DNA of 32,000 nt from Halalkalibacterium halodurans. Its GTDB lineage: Bacteria; Bacillota; Bacilli; Bacillales; Bacillaceae_D. The notes beneath the pieces are model-generated. The model was not told the origin of the DNA. It made no database searches and saw only the letters and a list, made by a program, of their open reading frames with translations. Positions 19,292 through 27,154 of this stretch are shown piece by piece (position 1 is the first letter of the stretch; every line of letters starts with the position of its first letter). A program made the position numbers and the translations under genes. The DNA is taken from the NCBI RefSeq assembly GCF_004376175.1, contig NZ_SNUY01000010.1:45485-77484 (forward strand). The letters run 5' to 3'.

Positions 19292-19738
19292 ATGCTCTTA
19301 GCAACTTGTCTAGGAGGGTTTTACGTGCTAAAAGATGTCTCGATCAGGTCTGGTTTACTTCTAGCTGGGTATGGTGGCTTGCTTGCAGCTGCAGTTTCCT
19401 TTCCCCATTCCCATCCATGGTCGGTTTCACTCGTATTAGGACAACTTATTTTTTCGCCAATCAAGCTGCTCGTCGCTGCATTCATGTTTAGCATCGGCTT
19501 TTTAGCTTATTCGCTTTTTGTTCAAGATCTATGTAAAATTTTATTTTTAGAGAAGAATGGGAGACCGGCAGAAAGCCACGTTCGCCTTGCTTTCGTACTT
19601 GTGGCTGGGTTGTCACTCATCCATTTGTTTTTTCATCACTGGATTGTCGCCTTGCTTGGAGGGGTGTTCGCCTTGTTTTATGGTATAATGGACGTTGATT
19701 TACCTACTATTTGGCGGAATCGGAGGATTCCATTATGA
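19292..19738 (+). CDS. hypothetical polytopic membrane protein
   Basis: It has about 4 TM segments. ATG 19292 lies 9 nt after GGAGG. Its stop overlaps the start of the next gene (ATGA). Confidence 0.6.
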   Translation: MLLATCLGGFYVLKDVSIRSGLLLAGYGGLLAAAVSFPHSHPWSVSLVLGQLIFSPIKLLVAAFMFSIGFLAYSLFVQDLCKILFLEKNGRPAESHVRLAFVLVAGLSLIHLFFHHWIVALLGGVFALFYGIMDVDLPTIWRNRRIPL

Positions 19739-20505
19739 TCATCCTTGGTAGTATTATCGCTGTTATTATTGGAGCCGTACTTGTTGTCCATATGAAAAAA
19801 GAAGCCAAGCAAAATCGTTTGATTACTCATGAGTTGTATTTTCCGAGTCTACCTTTGTCATTTGATGGAGTAATGATCTTTTTTATTTCTGATCTCCATC
19901 GCCGGAAGCTGGAAGATGAGCTACTCGAACAGCTCCCTGCATCGATTGATTACGTCATCATCGGAGGCGACCTGCTTGAAAAGAACGTACCGCTCGAACA
20001 GGTTCGAGAAAATGTCCAAAAACTAAGGCGGCTCGGGCCGACCTTTTTTGTGTGGGGAAACAATGATTATGAAGGGGACATTCAAGGGCTTCGGACGCTA
20101 TTTCGAGAAGAGCAAGTAGAAGAGCTCGTGAATCGTTTTACGGTGATTGCGCAAAATGAAGATACCCTCGTTTTCATTGGCGTCGATGACTTGGGTCATG
20201 GACGGGATCGTCTGTCTGACGCGCTGGAAAACGCTCCTGACGGATTTCGTATTCTCATAAGCCATAACCCAGAGATCGTCCATCAGTTAGATCCCCGCCA
20301 TTCGCTTGACCTTGTATTAAGTGGTCATACCCACGGTGGACAAATTCGTCTTTTTGGACTCGGATTAGAAAAACCTGGAGCATTAACGAAGCACCGTACC
20401 TTCGTTCAACTCGTCAGCAATGGCTATGGGACGACCGGTGTTCCGTTCAGGCTGGGAGCACCCCCGGAAACTCATGTTCTCATCCTTCGTCGCGGGAAGG
20501 AATGA
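19735..20505 (+). CDS. metallophosphoesterase, YpbG-like, N-terminal TM anchor
   Basis: Contains the calcineurin-like phosphoesterase motifs ISDLHRR, GGDLLE, GNNDYE, LISHNPE and SGHTHGGQ. ATG 19735 follows GGAGGA. Confidence 0.85.
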   Translation: MIILGSIIAVIIGAVLVVHMKKEAKQNRLITHELYFPSLPLSFDGVMIFFISDLHRRKLEDELLEQLPASIDYVIIGGDLLEKNVPLEQVRENVQKLRRLGPTFFVWGNNDYEGDIQGLRTLFREEQVEELVNRFTVIAQNEDTLVFIGVDDLGHGRDRLSDALENAPDGFRILISHNPEIVHQLDPRHSLDLVLSGHTHGGQIRLFGLGLEKPGALTKHRTFVQLVSNGYGTTGVPFRLGAPPETHVLILRRGKE

Positions 20506-21165
20506 TCAAGATTGTACAAAGGGGTATGTTCCGTTATACTTACTATCAGTAATGGGAATGGGACAGCGTAGGGCAATCATTTGAAGTCGAACGAAGGGAA
20601 ATCTAACATAAAGAATGTCGACAAAGCGGGGGCATTTATCCATTCATTCTAAGCGATGGGGGATTGACTATTAGGAACATTTGTGCAATCAGGCGAAAAT
20701 GGACAAGTTATCATTGTGTCAATTGCGTATTTCGTTACAGTTTCAGGTTTCCGTTAGTAGCAAACAATGGGGTGTAACGTTCTTTTCCCCAGAGCAGGAA
20801 TTTCAGTGGAAGATGTGGAACTAATCATTCGTGACGCGAAAACGAGCTTTTTTTAGGGGATTACACGTGTCAATCAAAACTCTATATCGCCTTTTGCTTT
20901 ATCACAGAGCAGGAGCGTCAGTGCTTTGGCGTGACGATAAAGGTTACAAAGAGATAAGGCAACGGGCAAAACAGGGGTGGACGCTCCTTATTGGAAGTAC
21001 AAAAGAATTAGGAGCGATGGAGCTAAAAATTTATAAAAGTAAATGGGTTGGCTGAAAGGGTTGAATCATGAACCTTCTGTTCAATTCCACATACCGTATA
21101 GTAAGAAGATCTCAAGACTTGGTCCTTCTTCGTCGTGTTAGGAGGCCGTGAGAGGAGGGTCAGAG

Positions 21166-21771
21166 ATGCGTTTAGAGCGTTTAGCTGTGAATAAAATCAA
21201 AGTGTTTTTGACATTCGATGACTTAAAAGAGCGAGGCATTACCAAGGATGAACTTTGGCAGGATATCCCAAAGGTTCATGACTTGTTTCGCGATATGATG
21301 CTAGAAGCAGACGATGAATTAGGTTTTAAAGCCGATGGCCCGATTGCTGTTGAAGTGTTTGCCCTCCCAGCACAAGGGATGGTTATTATCGTAACGAAAG
21401 GTCACCAAGAATCAGATTTTGATGAAGATGGGCTCGAAGATGGCTATATTGAAATGCAAGTGACCCTTGATGAGAGCGATGAAGTGTTTTACGAATTTGC
21501 CGATATTGAAGATGTCATCTCACTTGTCCCTAGGCTGGTAACGTTAGGAATGACGGGCGGGACTCTTTATTCGTATCAAGGGCGATACTATATTTCTTTC
21601 ACAGATCTTGATTTGGACGGAATCGATGAAGAGTCGTTAATAGCCCTGCTGGCCGAATACGGTTATCCTTCAACAATCTCAACCTATCGTGTAGCAGAAT
21701 ACGGATCATTAATCATTGCTAATGATGCATGCATTAAGTTGTATCAATCTTTTTTCAAAGCGAGAACATAA
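21166..21771 (+). CDS. mecB: MecA-family adaptor protein (MecB/YpbH paralogue)
   Basis: MRLERLAVNKIKVFLTFDDLKERGITKDELW...GPIAVEVFALPAQGMVIIVTK closely parallels B. subtilis YpbH as I recall it. The RBS is GAGGAGGG. Confidence 0.9.
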   Translation: MRLERLAVNKIKVFLTFDDLKERGITKDELWQDIPKVHDLFRDMMLEADDELGFKADGPIAVEVFALPAQGMVIIVTKGHQESDFDEDGLEDGYIEMQVTLDESDEVFYEFADIEDVISLVPRLVTLGMTGGTLYSYQGRYYISFTDLDLDGIDEESLIALLAEYGYPSTISTYRVAEYGSLIIANDACIKLYQSFFKART

Positions 21772-21798
21772 ACTGATGGGGAAACTCATCGGTTTTTT
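21772..21798 (+). terminator. rho-independent terminator with GAAA tetraloop
   Basis: ACTGATGGG-gaaa-CTCATCGGT (9 bp including G-U pairs) followed by a T-run. Confidence 0.7.
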
Positions 21799-22121
21799 GC
21801 ACTTAAAAAAATTAACTACTAAAGAACAAAAGGATCAGAAACGGCTTCGTCAGAGGTCTAGCTCTAAGTCATAACTGGAAATCTCAACAGAGACGAAACG
21901 ATCCACGTCCTATGACAACGTCTAGGTGTCCCACATCGCCAGAGATTGGACAAACGTTCAGCAGAGGCGCCCACTTTGTGAAGTTCACTTTTTTGTGATG
22001 AAACTATTAGCTTCGTCATATTTGAAGCTGTGATACAATGATACAGGATAGACAATCGTCCAATACATAGTTCATTGAATAAAGTGATTGTAGAAACATA
22101 TGACAGTGGGAGTGAACATAC

Positions 22122-23039
22122 GTGAAAATAGCGGTTTTATATGGTGGGACATCAGCAGAACGAGAAGTATCATTATCATCAGGAAAAGGGATTATGGAGG
22201 CGTTAAAGGTCAACGGTCATGAGGTCATTGGCATTGATTTTCATCCAGATCAGGTTCGCGACTTGGTTGACTTAGACGTTGACCTTGTATTTATTGGACT
22301 TCACGGACGGTTAGGCGAAGATGGAAAGGTTCAAGCACTGCTTGACTTGTTAAACATCCCTTATGTTGGTACAGGTGTTCAAGGTTCGGCCCTTGCCATG
22401 GATAAAGCGAAGGCTAAGCTCTTTTTTGAAAAAGCAGGCATTCGGGTTGCAGAGGAGGTCGTACTCCATTCATTTACGTACGATGCAAATGCGTTTAACT
22501 TTACAGGCACATATCCTGTCGTCGTTAAACCAAATCAGGAAGGATCAACCATCGGCTTAACCGTAGCAGAAACAGAGGAGGAGCTTTTGCAAGGGATTGA
22601 AGAAGCTTTCCGTCATGATGATACAATTCTCATTGAAGAGTTTATCGCCGGAACAGAAGTAACGGTTGCTGTGCTTGGCAATAAAGGGGAAGAGCGGTCA
22701 CTTCCTGTTGTGGAAATTGTTCCGAAAAATAAACTTTATGATTATGAGTCAAAATACGCTCCAGGGATGAGCGAACATATTGTTCCTGCCCGAATTTCTG
22801 AGGAGCATACCGCTTATGTGCAACAAGCAGCCGTTCGTGCTCACCAAGCGCTAGGATGTGATGTATATTCGCGGGTTGATTTCATCGTTCCAAACGACGG
22901 ATCGGATCCGGTCATTTTAGAAGTCAATACGCTTCCGGGGATGACACCAACGAGTTTGTATCCAGATGCTGCCAAAGGGGTTGGTATGTCGTATGAGGAA
23001 ATGATCCAAACGTTTGTCAACCTTTCGTTAAAAAAATAA
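22122..23039 (+). CDS. ddl: D-alanine--D-alanine ligase (short, about 305-aa form)
   Basis: Contains KIAVLYGGTSAEREVSLSSG, HGRLGEDGKVQALLDLLNIPYVG and EVNTLPGMT. GTG start lies 9 nt after GGGAG. Confidence 0.92.
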   Translation: MKIAVLYGGTSAEREVSLSSGKGIMEALKVNGHEVIGIDFHPDQVRDLVDLDVDLVFIGLHGRLGEDGKVQALLDLLNIPYVGTGVQGSALAMDKAKAKLFFEKAGIRVAEEVVLHSFTYDANAFNFTGTYPVVVKPNQEGSTIGLTVAETEEELLQGIEEAFRHDDTILIEEFIAGTEVTVAVLGNKGEERSLPVVEIVPKNKLYDYESKYAPGMSEHIVPARISEEHTAYVQQAAVRAHQALGCDVYSRVDFIVPNDGSDPVILEVNTLPGMTPTSLYPDAAKGVGMSYEEMIQTFVNLSLKK

Positions 23040-23057
23040 CGTTTCCGTGTTTAAAAA

Positions 23058-23100
23058 CCCTTCAAAAATCGATGCAAAGAATCATCCGATTTTTGAAGGG
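23058..23100. repeat. 14-bp perfect inverted repeat (hairpin) downstream of ddl
   Basis: CCCTTCAAAAATCG, a 15-nt spacer, then CGATTTTTGAAGGG. The U-run is on the minus-strand side (plus-strand aaaaa at 23053-23057) and there is no T-run on the plus side. Confidence 0.6.
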
Positions 23101-23227
23101 TACACTATTGGATGATCTCGTAATTTTTCTTACAGAAACGGTGGAAAAAAGAAGGTACTTTCTTTATAGTTATAAGTGTCGAAGCTTTTTAACTAAAGAG
23201 TGTAAGGGTGGCCAGAGGTGAAAACGA

Positions 23228-24493
23228 ATGGAAGATAAAGACAAGCGGTCGGGGAAAACAACAGACGTGCTTGCTTCTACGCAAACAGTGATTAAAAAGG
23301 CGCTTGATAAATTAGGTTATCCAGATGAAATGTATGAGTTGATGAAAGAACCGATTCGCATGTTAACGGTTAGAATTCCTGTGCGAATGGATGACGGTTC
23401 AACAAAGATATTTACTGGCTATCGGGCCCAGCATAACGATGCGGTAGGCCCAACAAAAGGCGGTGTTCGCTTCCATCCAAATGTAACGGAAAAAGAAGTG
23501 AAAGCGCTTTCTATCTGGATGAGCTTAAAAGCAGGAATTGTCGACCTTCCGTACGGAGGAGGAAAAGGCGGAATTGTCTGCGACCCGCGGGACATGTCGT
23601 TCCGTGAACTAGAAAGACTCAGTCGCGGCTATGTGCGGGCGATTAGTCAAATTGTCGGTCCGACGAAGGACATTCCGGCACCAGATGTTTTTACAAACTC
23701 ACAGATCATGGCATGGATGCTTGATGAATATAGCCGAATACGTGAATTTGATTCACCGGGCTTTATTACAGGGAAACCAATTGTCCTTGGAGGCTCACAC
23801 GGACGGGAGTCTGCTACGGCTAAAGGGGTTACCATTTGCATTCGTGAGGCAGCGAAGAAAAAAGGTATCGATCTTCAAGATGCAAGGGTGGTGATCCAAG
23901 GCTTCGGAAACGCAGGGAGCTTCTTAGCAAAATTCATGCACGATGCAGGAGCAAAGGTGATTGGAATTTCGGATGCTTATGGAGCTCTTCACGATCCAGA
24001 CGGCCTTGACATTGACTATTTGCTCGATCGCAGGGACAGCTTTGGTACAGTTACAAAGCTCTTTAAAAATACGATCTCAAATGAAGAGCTATTAGAGTTA
24101 GATTGCGATATTCTTGTACCGGCTGCGATAGAAAATCAAATTACGGAAAAAAATGCGCATAACATTAAGGCACAAATCGTGGTCGAAGCTGCGAATGGTC
24201 CGACGACGATTGAAGCGACGGAAATTTTAACAAAGCGCGATATTCTTCTCGTACCAGACGTACTCGCAAGCGCAGGTGGCGTTACCGTCTCCTACTTTGA
24301 ATGGGTGCAAAACAACCAAGGGTATTATTGGACGGAAGAAGAGGTGGAAGGAAAGTTAGAAGCTGTTATGGTTCACGCTTTTGATAACATTTATAAGCTG
24401 GCGAAAGGACGGAAGGTGGATATGCGTCTAGCAGCGTATATGGTCGGCGTAAGGAAAATGGCCGAAGCATCTCGCTTCCGTGGCTGGGTATAA
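23228..24493 (+). CDS. gudB: NAD-specific glutamate dehydrogenase
   Basis: Has the GDH signatures GPTKGGVRFHP, LPYGGGKGG and GFGNAG. The position between mecB and ypdA matches B. subtilis gudB. Confidence 0.93.
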   Translation: MEDKDKRSGKTTDVLASTQTVIKKALDKLGYPDEMYELMKEPIRMLTVRIPVRMDDGSTKIFTGYRAQHNDAVGPTKGGVRFHPNVTEKEVKALSIWMSLKAGIVDLPYGGGKGGIVCDPRDMSFRELERLSRGYVRAISQIVGPTKDIPAPDVFTNSQIMAWMLDEYSRIREFDSPGFITGKPIVLGGSHGRESATAKGVTICIREAAKKKGIDLQDARVVIQGFGNAGSFLAKFMHDAGAKVIGISDAYGALHDPDGLDIDYLLDRRDSFGTVTKLFKNTISNEELLELDCDILVPAAIENQITEKNAHNIKAQIVVEAANGPTTIEATEILTKRDILLVPDVLASAGGVTVSYFEWVQNNQGYYWTEEEVEGKLEAVMVHAFDNIYKLAKGRKVDMRLAAYMVGVRKMAEASRFRGWV

Positions 24494-24515
24494 CGAGGTA
24501 TAATAAAGATGGTGT

Positions 24516-24560
24516 CCCCTTATAAAGCTTTCACTTTATAGGGGGTTGTTTCATTTTTGA
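24516..24560 (+). terminator. rho-independent terminator
   Basis: CCCCTTATAAAG-ctttca-CTTTATAGGGGG (12 bp including one G-U) followed by a T-rich tract. Confidence 0.65.
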
Positions 24561-24602
24561 ACGAAGGTCGATTTAAAGAATAAGAGTGTGGTGAATCAAC
24601 GT

Positions 24603-25571
24603 ATGGAACAAGAACAGGTGATTATTGTCGGTGGTGGTCCGTGCGGGTTGGCAGCAGCGATTGCGTTACAAAATGAAGGTCTCAAGCCTCTTGTTATTGA
24701 AAAGGACAACATTGTGAGCGCAATCCATCGTTATCCGACCCATCAAACGTTTTTTAGTACGAGTGAAAAGCTCGAAATTGGGCAAGTACCGTTTTTAACA
24801 GAAGAGCGAAAGCCAAAGCGAAGCCAAGCTCTCGTCTATTATCGAGAAGTGGTCAAACGAAAGCAGATTCGTGTCAATCCATTTGAGCGAGTCACGAAGG
24901 TGACGAAGCAAGAGGACGGGACATTCTATGTAGTAACATCAAAGCGAACATATCACTGCAAGCAAGTGGTCATTGCCACAGGTTATTATGATCATCCCAA
25001 TTCACTAGGTGTCCCAGGGGAAGATCTTCCCCATGTTTTTCACTATTTTAAAGAGGCGCACCCTTACTTTGACCAGGACGTTGTCGTGATCGGCGGGAAA
25101 AACTCCGCGGTTGACGCAGCCCTTGAATTGGAGAAGGCAGGAGCAAGAGTAACGGTCCTATATCGTGGAGACACGTACTCAGATAGTGTCAAGCCATGGA
25201 TTTTACCGGAATTTGTTTCTCTTGTAAACCACGACAAAGTAAAGATGGTGTTTCGTGCACAAGTGAAGCGAATCACAGCTTCGGAAGTGGAGTATGAGAC
25301 CCAGGGTGAGAGGAAAGCGGCAAGAGCCGATTTCGTGTTTGCCATGATTGGCTACCATCCGGACCACAACTTTCTGAAAACGATGGGTGTTGCTATCGAT
25401 CACGATACAGGTCGTCCCATTCACGACCCAGAAACGATGGAAACTAACGTGGAAGGGATTTTTATCGCAGGTGTTATTGCTGCAGGAAATAACGCTAACG
25501 AGATATTTATTGAAAATGGCAGATTTCACGGAGAAATGTTCGCAAAACTGATTCGGGAACGAGTGGAGTAA
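24603..25571 (+). CDS. ypdA: YpdA-family FAD-dependent oxidoreductase (putative bacillithiol disulfide reductase)
   Basis: VIIVGGGPCGLAAA, YPTHQTFFSTSEKLEIG, VVVIGGKNSAVDAALEL and IAGVIAAGNNANEIFIENGRFHG are collinear with B. subtilis YpdA as I recall it. ATG 24603 lies 8 nt after GGTGA. Confidence 0.85.
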   Translation: MEQEQVIIVGGGPCGLAAAIALQNEGLKPLVIEKDNIVSAIHRYPTHQTFFSTSEKLEIGQVPFLTEERKPKRSQALVYYREVVKRKQIRVNPFERVTKVTKQEDGTFYVVTSKRTYHCKQVVIATGYYDHPNSLGVPGEDLPHVFHYFKEAHPYFDQDVVVIGGKNSAVDAALELEKAGARVTVLYRGDTYSDSVKPWILPEFVSLVNHDKVKMVFRAQVKRITASEVEYETQGERKAARADFVFAMIGYHPDHNFLKTMGVAIDHDTGRPIHDPETMETNVEGIFIAGVIAAGNNANEIFIENGRFHGEMFAKLIRERVE

Positions 25572-25666
25572 AGAGCTGGGTACTCTGTAAGATTAAGTAC
25601 AAGTAATTGTACATTAAGTCTTATTTAACAGTGTTTTATTTATAATGTTACACATTAAATAAAAAT

Positions 25667-25715
25667 GCACATTACTAAAAACAAATTTTAGTGATGTGCT
25701 TTTTATTTTTATTAA
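25667..25715 (+). terminator. strong rho-independent terminator inside the junction region
   Basis: GCACATTACTAAAA-acaaa-TTTTAGTGATGTGC is a 14-bp stem with one G-U pair, followed by TTTTTATTTTTATT. Confidence 0.75.
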
Positions 25716-25749
25716 CTCTTAAATATAAATTTATTAAAAGGTTAAACAT

Positions 25750-25778
25750 TTTACAATTACTAAGAAAAATATTAATAT
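25750..25778 (+). promoter_or_regulatory. candidate sigma-A-type promoter for the first recombinase gene
   Basis: TTTACA, a 17-nt spacer, then TAATAT, ending 34 nt upstream of the TTG start at 25812. Confidence 0.45.
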
Positions 25779-25811
25779 AAGAACATACATTCCTATCGAG
25801 GGGGAGAATAA

Positions 25812-27152
25812 TTGTATTGGTTTAAGTATTGTCCGAAGCATGTTGAAAGTAAATATCAGTTACTTGTATTTAAAGATAACCTGCCCTTTATTCCTTTGAC
25901 AGACTATTATCATGATTGTTTAGGGAGAATTGATAAAAGCTCTGCAATATCATATATGAATTGTTTGTTACCATTTTTTAAATGGTTAGATAAAGAAAGT
26001 AATTATCAAGGAAACCAAGTACAATGGAATGATTCAGAAGAGAAAATACGTGTTGTAGTTGAAGATTATTTGATGAATGAAATGAAGTGTAAGATTCGTG
26101 ATAAAGATACCTTTCTTTTTGTAAATTTAACTAATAAAAGTCCTAACACAGTTAGTCGATTTTTATCAGCATTAAAATCATTTTACAAATCAATGATCAG
26201 GTTAAAACAGTATCACTATAGTAATCCATTAATAGATGGTCAGGCTATCCTACATAGCTACAAAGAGGAGATAAAGGGTGTGCGAGAAGGTAAATCAAGA
26301 ATGCCTTCAATCGCTGGTACAGAAGAAGCTATTCCTCATCGAAGATTAACAGATTCCTATTTTAAAATTATCAATGAAGAATGGCAACCACAGATTATTG
26401 ATGATATAGATTTACCATATCAAATATATCAAGCTGGTAAAAAAGCAAATTGGTCACTCCGTGAAATGGTAATAGCCCGTATGCTATTTGAAACAGGCGC
26501 AAGGGCAACAGAAATTATTGAGTTAACACTAGGGGATTACCGTAAACGTAAAAGTCATCAAGAATTTATTACCTTCAATAAAGGAAGTCATGGTAGAAAA
26601 ATCAAGTTTATACGTGTTAGCAAAGATACGGTAAAAAGGTTGTTTCATTACATAGATACTGAAAGAAAATCCTTTGACGAAAATCATTTAAATTTTGATC
26701 AATTACCTGATGATGCTTCTATCTTTTTATCAGTAAACGGAACGCCTCTTACTTATCACGCTTGGTACTACCACTGGAATCGAGCAATGAAGATAAATGA
26801 TTTAAGTTTAAATCCACATAAAGCAAGGCATTGGTTCGTTACTTCTCGATTAAGAGAAATTTATAACGTTTCAAAAAATGAAACAGAAATACATCAACGA
26901 AAAAATGAGTTGATCAAATATATGAAGTGGAAAAATCCCGATACGATAAATGTGTATGAACATCATTTTGATGAAACGAGACATCGAGAAGCACATGAGA
27001 AAATGTTAGATCAAATGCAACAAAACGAAAAGGGCTATGTTAAACGACAGGAAACTTCGAGGAAATCAAAGCAAAAGTTGAGTGTTGTTAAATCATTAGG
27101 TATCGAAGACTTTGATGAAGATTTAAAAGAATTATTAGAAGGGTTGGAGTAA
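25812..27152 (+). CDS. tyrosine recombinase, Tn554 TnpA-like (446 aa)
   Basis: Catalytic signature visible: ETGARATE (Arg I), HKARHWF (H-x-x-R), INVYEHH (Tyr). An N-terminal SAM-like core-binding motif (KSPNTVSRFLSALKSFYKSM) is present. TTG start lies 7 nt after GGGGGAG. Confidence 0.8.
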   Translation: MYWFKYCPKHVESKYQLLVFKDNLPFIPLTDYYHDCLGRIDKSSAISYMNCLLPFFKWLDKESNYQGNQVQWNDSEEKIRVVVEDYLMNEMKCKIRDKDTFLFVNLTNKSPNTVSRFLSALKSFYKSMIRLKQYHYSNPLIDGQAILHSYKEEIKGVREGKSRMPSIAGTEEAIPHRRLTDSYFKIINEEWQPQIIDDIDLPYQIYQAGKKANWSLREMVIARMLFETGARATEIIELTLGDYRKRKSHQEFITFNKGSHGRKIKFIRVSKDTVKRLFHYIDTERKSFDENHLNFDQLPDDASIFLSVNGTPLTYHAWYYHWNRAMKINDLSLNPHKARHWFVTSRLREIYNVSKNETEIHQRKNELIKYMKWKNPDTINVYEHHFDETRHREAHEKMLDQMQQNEKGYVKRQETSRKSKQKLSVVKSLGIEDFDEDLKELLEGLE

Positions 27153-27154
27153 AA

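Noticed and set aside
20831-21055. 74-aa ORF in the long mecB upstream spacer
   Set aside because: It has a GTG start with no Shine-Dalgarno and a basic low-complexity product. Its frame merely spans one copy of the repeat module. The region is reported as a finding, not as a gene.
21864-22213. Two minus-strand ORFs (63 and 65 aa) in the ddl upstream region
   Set aside because: Neither has an RBS. Their products are low-complexity, and they overlap each other and the ddl start region. I treated the region as a noncoding leader.
25064-25529. Minus-strand ORFs (93 and 108 aa) inside ypdA, and similar antisense ORFs inside gudB, the M20 amidohydrolase, recS and the ger genes
   Set aside because: The sense-strand proteins are full-length and motif-rich. 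The antisense ORFs lack RBSs and recognisable features.
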